Shown: positions 8,159 through 16,951 of the stretch, one piece after another | How the letters are laid out: each line of letters starts with the position of its first letter | How positions within the stretch are numbered: position 1 is the stretch's first letter | DNA from: a virus | Strand: one strand, 5' to 3' | UHGV virus genome: UHGV-0135461 | Length of the DNA stretch: 36,948 bases | Made by a program: the position numbers and the translations under genes | Notes under the pieces: generated by a model | What the model saw: only the letters and a program-made list of their open reading frames with translations | Databases searched by the model: none | What the model was told of the DNA's origin: nothing

Positions 8159-8566
8159 ATGATAATTACAATTCCGGGAAAACCCGTTGGAAAAGCAAGA
8201 CCAAAATTCCGCAGAGCTGGATTTAAGGTCATTACATACACGCCGCCCGCAACCAAGAAATATGAAAAGGAAGTTGCGAGGATTTATAAACAAAGCGCAG
8301 GCGTTCTTTATACAGAGATACCTCTGAGAGTTTGTATTTTAGCGAAATTTCCGATTCCAGAGAGCTGGTCTAAGAAGAATAAGGAAAAAGCCTTAAAAGG
8401 CGAAATAAAGCCGAATAAGAAGCCGGACTTGGATAATATCGCAAAAATCATTCTGGATGGACTGAACGGAGTCGCATACACCGATGATAAGCAGGTGACC
8501 AGTCTGGAAATTGAAAAAAGTGTACTCGGACACGCCTTGCGTGGTGGTCTATATTGCGGAGGATGA
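8159..8566 (+). CDS. rusA: RusA-family Holliday junction resolvase
   Basis: GKPVGKARPKF...TP..TKKYE...PDLDNIAKIILDGLNGVAYTDDKQV is the canonical RusA signature. The SD is strong. Confidence 0.85.
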   Translation: MIITIPGKPVGKARPKFRRAGFKVITYTPPATKKYEKEVARIYKQSAGVLYTEIPLRVCILAKFPIPESWSKKNKEKALKGEIKPNKKPDLDNIAKIILDGLNGVAYTDDKQVTSLEIEKSVLGHALRGGLYCGG

Positions 8567-8569
8567 GTG

Positions 8570-9385
8570 ATGGCGAACAGAAGAATGTTTTCGGCAGATG
8601 TGGTATGCACAGATAAGTTTGTTGAAATGCCGTCATCGACTCAAGCTCTGTACTTACAATTCGGCATGAAAGCTGATGATGACGGCTTTGTATCGTCTCC
8701 GAAGCAAATCGTGAGAATGGTTGGAGCAGCGGAAGATGATTTGAAAATACTGGTCGCAAAAGGGTTTATCATTCCATTTGAAAGTGGCGTTATCGTGATT
8801 TCTGACTGGAAAACAAACAATTCGATTAGAAAAGATAGATACACGCAGACAAGATGTTTGGATGAGCTGAATAAATTGGAAAATTTGAACGGAAAATACA
8901 TTCTTTCGACTACTTGTCAACCATCTGTCAACCAGTTGTCAACCGCATGTCAACCAAGAGGCAACCAAGCGGTTGACACTCTGGAAACCCAGGTTAGGTT
9001 AGGTAAGGATAGTATAGATAAGAGTAGTATAAATACTACTTGTCCGGAGCTGGAAGCTCCAGACCGGAAAAAAGTCATCTCACTATCGTTGAATGACGGT
9101 ACAGAGCATTGGATTTACGAAGACAATGTATCAGAGTGGAGTGAATTATTCCCTGCTGTTGATGTGATGCAGGAACTCAGAAAAATGAAATCTTGGTTAG
9201 ACAGCAATAAAGCGAGAAGAAAAACAAAGAGAGGAATCGCAAGATTTATAAATTCCTGGCTATCCAAAGAACAGGATAAGGGAAGAATGCCAGTTAGATC
9301 AGAGCCGACACATAGAAATAATAACAATTTTGAACGCAGACGATACGACATGGAAGCGCTTGGAGATGTGTTGACGGAAAATTAA
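8570..9385 (+). CDS. phage replisome organizer / replication initiation protein (Phage_rep_org_N)
   Basis: The N-terminus MANRRMFSADVVCTDKFVEMPSSTQALYLQFGMKADDDGFVSSPKQIVRMVG...GFIIPFESGVIVI matches the replisome-organiser N-domain. Iterons lie inside the gene. Confidence 0.85.
   Translation: MANRRMFSADVVCTDKFVEMPSSTQALYLQFGMKADDDGFVSSPKQIVRMVGAAEDDLKILVAKGFIIPFESGVIVISDWKTNNSIRKDRYTQTRCLDELNKLENLNGKYILSTTCQPSVNQLSTACQPRGNQAVDTLETQVRLGKDSIDKSSINTTCPELEAPDRKKVISLSLNDGTEHWIYEDNVSEWSELFPAVDVMQELRKMKSWLDSNKARRKTKRGIARFINSWLSKEQDKGRMPVRSEPTHRNNNNFERRRYDMEALGDVLTEN
8915..8978. repeat. origin-like iteron array: four perfect TGTCAACC repeats at an 11-bp period, one degenerate copy and one inverted GGTTGACA
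   Basis: Direct repeats at 8915, 8926, 8937 and 8948. The degenerate copy is at 8959 and the inverted copy at 8971-8978. All lie in-frame inside the replisome organizer gene. Confidence 0.6.
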
Positions 9386-9394
9386 GGAGGAACT

Positions 9395-9982
9395 ATGAAA
9401 CCAAAGAAAGTAACAATAAACTACGCTTTGCTCTGCAAGCAATTGGAGAAGCAGGGCAAGACGAAAGAGAAATTCTCGGCGGAACTCGGGAGAAGCAAGT
9501 CTTTTGTCTGTAATATGGCGAAGAACCCGGAACAGACAGAAGATTTTGAAAGAACCATGTGTTTACTTCTCGGACTTGAACCGGGAAGTCTGGTAAAAGA
9601 GCCGGAAAAGAAAGGCATGACCGCAGCACAGGCACTTACAGTCATCCGGGATGAGATTTTAGAGAACCGCAGAATCATGCAGGAGAATTTTGAAAAGATC
9701 TGGAATAAGCTGAACACCAATACCGTCCAATTGGAAAAGATCAAGGACAAGGTCAATACGATGTCAAAGACCGACTACGACAAAGCATTAGAGTGGCTAA
9801 AAGACAAGATGGAAGGTGGACGCTATGACGGGGCGAAGTTGCTCATGGAGTCAGAAGCGGCAGGAATTAAAAGGTCGGACATCATGAAAGCGAAAGCAGA
9901 ACTTGGAGTAAGAATCCAGACTACAGGGTACGGAAAGAATGTGAAAGCATGGTGGAGTTTAAAGGGGGAGAACCATGGATAG
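9395..9982 (+). CDS. hypothetical protein with N-terminal HTH-like segment
   Basis: 195 aa with an AGGAGG SD. The N-terminus is KVTINYALLCKQLEKQGKTKEKFSAELGRSKSFVCNMAKN. The C-terminus is a charged coiled coil. Confidence 0.6.
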   Translation: MKPKKVTINYALLCKQLEKQGKTKEKFSAELGRSKSFVCNMAKNPEQTEDFERTMCLLLGLEPGSLVKEPEKKGMTAAQALTVIRDEILENRRIMQENFEKIWNKLNTNTVQLEKIKDKVNTMSKTDYDKALEWLKDKMEGGRYDGAKLLMESEAAGIKRSDIMKAKAELGVRIQTTGYGKNVKAWWSLKGENHG

Positions 9983-10103
9983 AGGGAAATATAGCTTTAG
10001 CGGCAGAATGAAACAGTCAGCCGGATTTAAACCGGGTAACATGGCAGCATATATGTACGGCAGTACCAAGCGCAAGAGGAAGAAGAAGGTGAGAGGAAAA
10101 TGA
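9975..10103 (+). CDS. small basic peptide (42 aa)
   Basis: GGGGGAG SD. MDRGKYSFSGRMKQSAGFKPGN...KRKRKKKVRGK. Overlaps the next start. Confidence 0.35.
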   Translation: MDRGKYSFSGRMKQSAGFKPGNMAAYMYGSTKRKRKKKVRGK

Positions 10104-10366
10104 GTAGACCAGCGAACTTTCTGGATCCGTACCAGTTCCAAATCGAAGAGATGGTAAAACTCGGATGCTCGGATGATCATATCCATAAAGTCTTGCATGA
10201 CATCCAGAAAGTGGAATTTACTCAAAATGATCTTATCCGGTACATGGATGAAAACGGGATCAGGAAAAGAAGTGCAGCGAAAAGATGGACGCGGAGCAAA
10301 GAAGTTGAGTGGGAAGAGCTTTGCAAGCAGTTTCGAGGAAATAAAAAGAAAATAAGCGAAAAATAG
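10100..10366 (+). CDS. hypothetical protein (88 aa)
   Basis: Coupled ORF with no recognisable motif. Confidence 0.5.
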   Translation: MSRPANFLDPYQFQIEEMVKLGCSDDHIHKVLHDIQKVEFTQNDLIRYMDENGIRKRSAAKRWTRSKEVEWEELCKQFRGNKKKISEK

Positions 10367-10416
10367 AAAGGAGCCAGCCTCCGGCCGGGGCAAGGGTATA
10401 CCGGGCTTCTGAGAAA

Positions 10417-11778
10417 ATGGAAAATTTGATTATAGATTGCTTCGCCGGAGGAGGTGGAGCGAGCGTAGGAATAGAAATGGCACTTGGAAGACAAGTAGAT
10501 ATTGCAATCAATCACGATCCGGATGCAATTTTGATGCACAAGACAAACCACCCGAAAACATTGCATCTCACAGAAGATATCTTCAGGGTAGATTTGAAGA
10601 AATATGTGAAAGGAAAGCGAGTTGCTTTAATGTGGGCGAGTCCTGATTGCACCAGCCACAGCAAGGCAAAAGGCGGGAAGCCGAGGGAAAAAGGACTTCG
10701 GATTTTGCCTTGGGCGGTATACAAACACGCAAAAGCAATTCTCCCAGATGTGATTATCATGGAAAACGTGGAAGAGATCCAGCAATGGGGACCGCTGGAT
10801 GAAAACGGGCATCCGATTAAGGAACGGCGTGGGGAAGATTATAAGAAGTTCATTACGGCAATGAAGAGTCTCGGGTATATATTCGACTGCCGGGAGCTTA
10901 TTGCGGCAGACTATGGCGCGCCAACTACAAGAAAGCGCTGGTATGCAATATTTCGAAGAGACGGAAAAGACATCGTGTGGCCAGAAAAGACGAATTTTAA
11001 ATCCAGAGATCCGAAATGGCAGGAATGCGGGGCATATATCGATTGGTCTGATTTAGGGAAAACGATATTTGATAGACCAAAACCGTTGGCAGATGCAACG
11101 ATGAAAAGGATTGCAAATGGAATCAGAAAATATGTAATAGACAATCCATCTCCCTATATCGTGAGAAATAAAGATGCTGTTGCATTTATGATTCAATATC
11201 ACGGAGAAACAAAAATTGGAGAATCAAGAGGACAGTTGCTGACAGAACCAATTAAAACAATCGACACATCAAACAGGTACGGGCTGGTGACAGCTTTTAT
11301 TACAAAATTTTATAAAAGTGGAATCGGACAGGGATGCAACGAACCTTTACACACAATCACAACATCACCTGGACATTTTGGATTGATATCTGCGTTTTTA
11401 ATTAAGTATTACGGAACTGGCGGAGGACAAGAACTTTCAAATCCGCTTGCAACGATTACTACAAAAGATCGTTTCGGACTAGTAAATGTGATTCTGGATA
11501 TCGAAGGCGAAAAGTATGTCATGAAGGATATTTTCCTAAGAATGTTAAAACCGGAAGAACTTAAATTAATGCAGGGATTTCCGGATGATTACATTATTGA
11601 CAGGGATTACAAATACAGGAGATATCCGATCGCAAAACAAGTGGCTAGAATCGGAAACAGTGTAGTGCCAATCATGGCACAGAAACTGGTAGAGGCAAAC
11701 TGCCCGTATTTAAAAATCGGGAATAGGGTACCGAACATAGAAATATATGAGGATGAGCAGCAAATTAGGTTTGCATAG
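10417..11778 (+). CDS. DNA (cytosine-5)-methyltransferase, orphan, with tandem TRD-like repeats
   Basis: Motif I DCFAGGGG, PDC catalytic Cys (SPDCTSHS), ENV (IIMENVEE), RKRW and GNSVVP (motif X). The variable region carries tandem repeats GLVTAFITKFY..GQ..EPLHTITT / GLISAFLIKYYG.GGGQELSNPLATITT. Confidence 0.9.
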   Translation: MENLIIDCFAGGGGASVGIEMALGRQVDIAINHDPDAILMHKTNHPKTLHLTEDIFRVDLKKYVKGKRVALMWASPDCTSHSKAKGGKPREKGLRILPWAVYKHAKAILPDVIIMENVEEIQQWGPLDENGHPIKERRGEDYKKFITAMKSLGYIFDCRELIAADYGAPTTRKRWYAIFRRDGKDIVWPEKTNFKSRDPKWQECGAYIDWSDLGKTIFDRPKPLADATMKRIANGIRKYVIDNPSPYIVRNKDAVAFMIQYHGETKIGESRGQLLTEPIKTIDTSNRYGLVTAFITKFYKSGIGQGCNEPLHTITTSPGHFGLISAFLIKYYGTGGGQELSNPLATITTKDRFGLVNVILDIEGEKYVMKDIFLRMLKPEELKLMQGFPDDYIIDRDYKYRRYPIAKQVARIGNSVVPIMAQKLVEANCPYLKIGNRVPNIEIYEDEQQIRFA

Positions 11779-11793
11779 TAGGAGGAATGACTA

Positions 11794-11970
11794 ATGCCAA
11801 AAGTGAAAGAACGAACATTTGAAGATATCCTGTATATGATTAAAAGATCGTGCGACAAGAATTTTTACAAAGGCACTGATTACGATGGATTAAAACCGGA
11901 GATTGTAAGATGCGCCACAAATATTTACATAGAGCAGATGCGACAGAACGGAGAAAAGGAAGATGAATAG
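11794..11970 (+). CDS. hypothetical protein (58 aa)
   Basis: AGGAGG SD. It overlaps the next gene start. Confidence 0.45.
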   Translation: MPKVKERTFEDILYMIKRSCDKNFYKGTDYDGLKPEIVRCATNIYIEQMRQNGEKEDE

Positions 11971-12328
11971 AGAAATCCTTTTTAAAGCAAAGAGAAAAGA
12001 TAATGGTGAATGGGTGGAAGGCCAGTATGCATATATTACCAATCCGCTAACAGAAGATGGTAAACCGATAAAACATCTGATTTGTAATGGAACTAATATA
12101 TTTAATGACTTGATTGACCCCGACACCCTCTGCCAATTCACCGGACTTACCGACAAGAACGGTAAGAAGATTTGGGAGAATGACCTTTTAGGACACAAAC
12201 TGAATCGCGTTGAATTTTTAAATGGAACATACTGCATAAATGGAGATAGACCTTTATTTTTCGAAGCGAACACAAATGAAGTCATTGGCAATATTTTTGA
12301 CAATCAAGAGATGTTGGAGGTGGAGTGA
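11963..12328 (+). CDS. YopX-family phage protein
   Basis: KRKDNGEWVEGQY...IDPDTLCQFTGLTDKNGKKIWENDLL...VIGNIFDNQEML matches the YopX pattern. Confidence 0.75.
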   Translation: MNREILFKAKRKDNGEWVEGQYAYITNPLTEDGKPIKHLICNGTNIFNDLIDPDTLCQFTGLTDKNGKKIWENDLLGHKLNRVEFLNGTYCINGDRPLFFEANTNEVIGNIFDNQEMLEVE

Positions 12329-12518
12329 TGAAAATAATGATAACTATATTGCGCAAAATGGAGAATGCAGAACTTGGACAAATGCAAGCGCGGAAGAACA
12401 CTTAGTAATGGGTCTTACAGCTTATGCGGAAGGTGTAAAAAGATGTGCGGAATCATGGGGAGAAGAAACGGAAGAAGTGGAAAGAGTGCTGAAAGAAGCG
12501 TTGGAAAGCGAGAGATAA
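12240..12518 (+). CDS. hypothetical ORF, start unresolved (ATG 12240 overlaps yopX by 89 nt; internal ATG at 12408)
   Basis: Frame is open across the yopX stop with no convincing SD. The acidic C-terminus is EETEEVERVLKEALESER. Confidence 0.3.
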   Translation: MEIDLYFSKRTQMKSLAIFLTIKRCWRWSDENNDNYIAQNGECRTWTNASAEEHLVMGLTAYAEGVKRCAESWGEETEEVERVLKEALESER

Positions 12519-12521
12519 AGT

Positions 12522-12959
12522 ATGAACGCATTAGAGAAGATCTTGGAAGAAAAAGAAATTGTAGCGATCAAAGAACTAATAGAAGAAAATGAAAAATGCT
12601 TTAATCAATGTGAGGGTGCTTGTTGTAGCGTGGAAAGCGGTATATGCAATTGTGATGATGGCGTGATAGTGCAAGCAATTCATAAAATGAAGAAGTATTT
12701 AGAGTTGGCTAATGACAAAAATGTCCCTAGTAAAAACGGTTGGATTCCGGTAAGTGAGAAATTGCCGGAAGAAAATGACGGAAAATATTATCCGATGCTG
12801 AATGTGTCAACGTCATACGGAGCTGTTAAGTGGGGCTTTTATAGAGTTAGAGATAAGGAATGGTATATTTATAGTGAAATGCATGGCGAGCTTATAAAAG
12901 CCGAAGATAAAGAAGTTATTGCATGGCAGCCACTACCAAAACCATACAAGGAGGAATAA
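12522..12959 (+). CDS. DUF551-domain phage protein
   Basis: NGWIPVSEKLPEE...VIAWQPLPKPYKEE matches the DUF551 C-terminal signature. An N-terminal Cys cluster is present. Confidence 0.65.
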   Translation: MNALEKILEEKEIVAIKELIEENEKCFNQCEGACCSVESGICNCDDGVIVQAIHKMKKYLELANDKNVPSKNGWIPVSEKLPEENDGKYYPMLNVSTSYGAVKWGFYRVRDKEWYIYSEMHGELIKAEDKEVIAWQPLPKPYKEE

Positions 12960-12960
12960 C

Positions 12961-13152
12961 ATGGACATTTTAATCACAATCGCATTCTTAGCCCTGTACT
13001 ACATCCTGGGGCCGGGAACAGTGATTGCTTTAAAAACAGGAATCGAAGAGGAAGTAGAACTTGAAGGAGCAGATTATCTTCATGCCGCATGCTTCCCGAT
13101 ACTGCTGTTTGTGGTGTTTTTGGATTGGATTGCGCGAAAGATAGTGAGGTAG
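12961..13152 (+). CDS. small membrane protein (63 aa)
   Basis: GGAGGA SD. Two hydrophobic helices. Confidence 0.5.
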   Translation: MDILITIAFLALYYILGPGTVIALKTGIEEEVELEGADYLHAACFPILLFVVFLDWIARKIVR

Positions 13153-13156
13153 AAAG

Positions 13157-13756
13157 ATGAAAAAATTTAATTGGGATGAATTTAAAAATAAAGACAATAA
13201 GATTGCGGTACATTGCAAGACCGAAGAAGAAGCGGTAGACTTTTGCAAGCAGATGCATGAACATGGAATGAAATGGAACGGTGGTTTTAGTTATTTGGAC
13301 TATACGAATTATCGTATATACAGAGAAGGAACTTGTTATATAGCAAAAGGTGAATACTGTTTTAAAAATTATTACGAAAAAAGGGGATACACAATCTTAG
13401 AATGGAGTGATTACATGCAGAAAAATTTTACAAAGTCAGATCTAAAAGACGGAATGGTGGTCGAATATAATGATAACAGTTTCGGGAAAAGACTTGTTGT
13501 AGGCGACTTTTTGATCGGCGAAGATGGATATGCGGATTTGGGAGACTATAACGAAAACTTAAAAAATGTGGTAAGTGATTTGGAAATAGTTAGAGTATAT
13601 AAGATTAAATGCATGGGAAAAATTAGCAGTATCATGTATGATGTCAACCTCGAACTCATCTGGGAGCGCAAAGAACCAAAGAAAATGACAGTAGAAGAAA
13701 TGCGACAGAAGCTTGAAGAGCTGACAGGAGAGGAAATTGAGGTGATGCAGGAATGA
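13157..13756 (+). CDS. hypothetical protein (199 aa)
   Basis: Good SD. The N-terminal domain contains conserved Cys/Trp (WDEF...AVHCKTEEEAVDFCKQMHEHGMKW). Confidence 0.6.
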   Translation: MKKFNWDEFKNKDNKIAVHCKTEEEAVDFCKQMHEHGMKWNGGFSYLDYTNYRIYREGTCYIAKGEYCFKNYYEKRGYTILEWSDYMQKNFTKSDLKDGMVVEYNDNSFGKRLVVGDFLIGEDGYADLGDYNENLKNVVSDLEIVRVYKIKCMGKISSIMYDVNLELIWERKEPKKMTVEEMRQKLEELTGEEIEVMQE

Positions 13757-13977
13757 CAAGAGAGACCATGAAGCGCAGAAAGGAGACGGCAGGAGTCATC
13801 CGAAAGATAGATGCACATGATATGGCAACGAGAAAGCCCTGCGAGACAGCTTTAAAGCAACAGGAGCATAAAGCCTTTGCCTGTGACTTTAAAGGCGGCG
13901 AGAGGGCAAATAAGGACGCTGTGGACTACATAGCAGAAAAATACAACATAAAAGAGCGGATCCCGGGAGGTGATTGA
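13753..13977 (+). CDS. hypothetical protein (74 aa)
   Basis: Coupled (ATGA overlap), basic N-terminus. Confidence 0.5.
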   Translation: MTRETMKRRKETAGVIRKIDAHDMATRKPCETALKQQEHKAFACDFKGGERANKDAVDYIAEKYNIKERIPGGD

Positions 13978-14386
13978 ATTGGACAAGAACATAATCTATG
14001 AGTACATGGATGCAAAAGCTCTGGTAAAAGAAACAGAGGAAGACATCAGACGGCACAGAAGAAAGACGATCGTACAGGACAAGGTGACAGGCAGTAATCC
14101 AGAGTTTCCGTACCAGCCGCAGAGTTTTAACATTTCCGGATGCGTAGAGAGCACAGTGAGTATAGATGAGGAGGAACGATTACTGGAAGAGCGGAAGAAA
14201 AATGCGAAGCAGATCAAAGTAAAAGCGGAGCGTGTAATCAATAAAGCACCGGTTCGGATGCAGAGGATTATCCGGTTCAGGGTCATGCAGGGGCTGACGT
14301 GGGATGAAGTGGCTGCGAAGATGAAAGGGAATTGCACAGGAGATAGTGCAAGAATGGAATTTCAGAGGTGGATGAAAGAAAAATAA
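13970..14386 (+). CDS. ArpU/RinA-like late transcriptional activator (sigma-70 region-4-like HTH)
   Basis: 138 aa. The C-terminus RMQRIIRFRVMQGLTWDEVAAKM resembles a sigma region-4 HTH. It lies immediately upstream of the packaging genes. Confidence 0.6.
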   Translation: MIELDKNIIYEYMDAKALVKETEEDIRRHRRKTIVQDKVTGSNPEFPYQPQSFNISGCVESTVSIDEEERLLEERKKNAKQIKVKAERVINKAPVRMQRIIRFRVMQGLTWDEVAAKMKGNCTGDSARMEFQRWMKEK

Positions 14387-14455
14387 AAGTTTGTTCGTTT
14401 TGTTCACATTGTTCGTTTTAAATAATATATAGTATACGATGAAAGAAGTAAATAC

Positions 14456-14490
14456 AAAAGCGCGGTTGATCAGACCGCGCTTTTGATTCT
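14456..14490 (+). terminator. rho-independent terminator
   Basis: AAAAGCGCGGT-tgatcag-ACCGCGCTTTTGATTCTT, a GC-rich 7-11 bp stem followed by a T-run. Confidence 0.75.
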
Positions 14491-14645
14491 TGAACTTACA
14501 AGCTAATTCGTGCAATTAGGAGATATATAATTACTACAAAGATGTAGCTGAAAGTTCTCGAGCTACACTTTTTAATGACTTTATGTAATTTTCTACCTAA
14601 AGACAGTCCGAAAAGACTGAGTAAGAACAAGAAAAAGTCCGTACT

Positions 14646-14788
14646 AGCTATCACCTCAAATAACTTCATACATCCTTCTCCTTTTTATGGATTTAGGGCT
14701 TACATCAGAAAATTGAATGCCTAGAGAAGAATGCGAGGTAAATAGTTAGAGCGTCCTTAAGGAGGTAGGAAGATTTGAGGTGATAGCT
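14646..14788. repeat. long imperfect inverted repeat (~30-bp arms, 16 bp perfect core) with an ~80-nt loop in the untranslated region upstream of terS
   Basis: AGCTATCACCTCAAAT at 14646-14661 pairs with ATTTGAGGTGATAGCT at 14773-14788. The arms extend a further 12 of 14 bp (CTTCATACATCCTT vs AAGGAGGTAGGAAG). Confidence 0.5.
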
Positions 14789-15180
14789 TAAATTCCTACT
14801 TTTAAAATCGTGTAGTTAAATTTTGGCATACTGGTTTCCTCCTTTGCTATATTCCTCCTTATTATTTATGGTGCAAAATTGCTACCAGATTTATTTTACA
14901 TGTTTTTTTGCTTTTTTTCAATTAGAATATAATGATATATATATAAAACAAAATTAGAGACATTTTTCGAGGTGTTTTTATGCCGTGGCAAATGTAGGGC
15001 AGACAGGTTTGACTCCTACTATACCCGTTGTGGACTACTGCAAGCTCCTTTTCTTATAAATTGTTTGTGTACTTGGTTATTTTGGTTTTTGTTGGCGTTT
15101 GTAATTTTCATAGCAGTAGTCCTAAATTCTTAGCATCCAGAGATGGGTGCTTTTATTATGCTATAAAGGTGGTGAGTCGG

Positions 15181-15648
15181 ATGGCAAAAGGTAAATATCA
15201 AGAGTGGCTAGAGCCGGAAGGCTTGCTAAAGATAGAGGGATGGGCGAGAGATGGTCTGACGGACGAGCAGATTGCAGATAATATCGGGATTTCCAGAAGC
15301 ACATTAAATAGCTGGAAAGACAAGTATTCGGACATTTCGGACACCCTAAAAAGAGGAAAAGAGGTCGTTGATCGTCAAGTCGAGAATGCTTTGCTAAAAC
15401 GTGCGCTTGGATATGAGTACACGGAAACGACCAGAGAATACATACCGGAACTCGATGAGATGAAAACTACGAAAAAGGTCACAAAGCAAGTAGCACCGGA
15501 CACTACAGCCCAGATCTTCTGGTTAAAGAACCGGAAACCGGACAAGTGGAGAGATAAGCAGGAATATGAAGATAGGACAGCGATTGAGAAGCTGGATGAA
15601 ATCTTGAAAGGATTGCATGACAATGCAGCTAAGCAAAAAACAGAATGA
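15181..15648 (+). CDS. terS: terminase small subunit
   Basis: The start was moved to MAKGKYQEWLEPEG, which has a GGTGGTGAG SD. HTH motif LTDEQIADNIGISRSTLNSW. Immediately upstream of terL. Confidence 0.75.
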   Translation: MAKGKYQEWLEPEGLLKIEGWARDGLTDEQIADNIGISRSTLNSWKDKYSDISDTLKRGKEVVDRQVENALLKRALGYEYTETTREYIPELDEMKTTKKVTKQVAPDTTAQIFWLKNRKPDKWRDKQEYEDRTAIEKLDEILKGLHDNAAKQKTE

Positions 15649-16951
15649 GTACATCATAAACGCAACGCATAGATGGAATATCAAGTCTGGAGCGGTTCGC
15701 TCTGGAAAGTCTTTTGTTGATACTGCTTATATCGTACCGCATAGAATCCGGGAAAGAGCGGGGAAACCCGGATTGAATGTCATTATGGGAGTTTCAAAAG
15801 AATCCATAGAGCGAAACGTCCTGCAACCGATGAGGGAAATTTATACCAGTGATCTGATCGGGAACATTAACAATCGGAATGTTGCCAGAGTATGCGGCGA
15901 GGATGTCTATTGTCTCGGTGCGGAAAAGATCAGTCAAGTTGCAAAGATACAGGGAGCGTCCATTAAGTATTGTTACGGCGATGAGATTGCAAAATGGAAC
16001 AAAGAAGTGTTCCAGATGCTTAAATCCCGTCTCGATAAGACATACTCCTGCTTTGATGGAGCTTGCAACCCAGAGCATCCAACGCATTGGCTCAAAGAGT
16101 TCATTGACAATGTAGAGTTGGACATCTATCTCCAAAAGTACACCATATTCGATAATCCATTTCTGGATCCAGAATTTGTTAAGCAACTCTGCAAGGAATA
16201 TGAGGGTACAATCTATTATGACCGCCTCATCCTTGGCTTATGGAAACGAGCAGATGGGGCAATTTATAAGCGGTTTGCTGATAATCCGGAATCATTTAGA
16301 TGCGAGATTGTGGATGAATTCTCTCCAGACTCAGAGTATAAGCGGTTCCGAAAGGAAGATATTACATCAATCGAGATCGGTTTGGACTTCGGTGGTAATC
16401 AATCTGGTCACTCGTTCGTTGCCAGAGGATATACGGACAATTACAGAGACGTGATTGCTTTAAAATCCAGAAGAGTCATGGCAAAGGATGAGGAAGAGGA
16501 TATCGACAGCAATCGACTGAATAAGCTGTTTTGCGAGTTCGTACAAGAAGTGATAGATGATTACTCTGTGTGCGTGAAGAGCGGAGACTATGTGCAGTAT
16601 TGTAACGTAGAATCCGTATTCTGGGACAATGCGGAGACAGTACTTGGGAACTCTATCCGTAATGCTGTGGAAAAGGAGTTTCCGTGGATCGCTGTCAAAC
16701 CGGCAAAGAAAAGACCAATCAACGACAGAATCAGATGCACCGTCAAGCTTATGGGAGCTGGGCGGTTTTTTATTACAAAAGACTGCGAATCTCTGCAAAC
16801 TTCTTTTTCAGATGCGGTCTGGAACAAAGAAGCTGTTGGGAAGGATGAACGTCTGGATGACGGCAGTACAGATATTGACAGCTTGGATGCGTTTGAATAC
16901 ACGATCGAACGCGACATGAAATACCTAATCGAAGAGGTGGAAGATGTTTGA
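15617..16951 (+). CDS. terL: terminase large subunit (PBSX-type)
   Basis: 444 aa. Walker A GAVRSGKS. Both the ATPase and nuclease halves are present. The gene overlaps terS. Confidence 0.9.
   Translation: MTMQLSKKQNEYIINATHRWNIKSGAVRSGKSFVDTAYIVPHRIRERAGKPGLNVIMGVSKESIERNVLQPMREIYTSDLIGNINNRNVARVCGEDVYCLGAEKISQVAKIQGASIKYCYGDEIAKWNKEVFQMLKSRLDKTYSCFDGACNPEHPTHWLKEFIDNVELDIYLQKYTIFDNPFLDPEFVKQLCKEYEGTIYYDRLILGLWKRADGAIYKRFADNPESFRCEIVDEFSPDSEYKRFRKEDITSIEIGLDFGGNQSGHSFVARGYTDNYRDVIALKSRRVMAKDEEEDIDSNRLNKLFCEFVQEVIDDYSVCVKSGDYVQYCNVESVFWDNAETVLGNSIRNAVEKEFPWIAVKPAKKRPINDRIRCTVKLMGAGRFFITKDCESLQTSFSDAVWNKEAVGKDERLDDGSTDIDSLDAFEYTIERDMKYLIEEVEDV

Noticed and set aside
8915-8978. Short direct repeats considered as a possible CRISPR or minisatellite
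   Set aside because: The period is only 11 bp with no spacers. The array is in-frame inside the replisome organizer gene and is interpreted as ori iterons.
9421-10566. Several 80-144 aa minus-strand ORFs (9421-9756, 9959-10393, 10222-10566)
   Set aside because: They are antisense to well-supported plus-strand genes, lack SDs and have low-complexity composition.
14820-14862. Minus-strand 13-aa ORF with tandem AAGGAGG motifs in the terS leader
   Set aside because: Too short and unconserved to call. The GGAGG motifs may simply be the complement of a pyrimidine-rich plus-strand tract.
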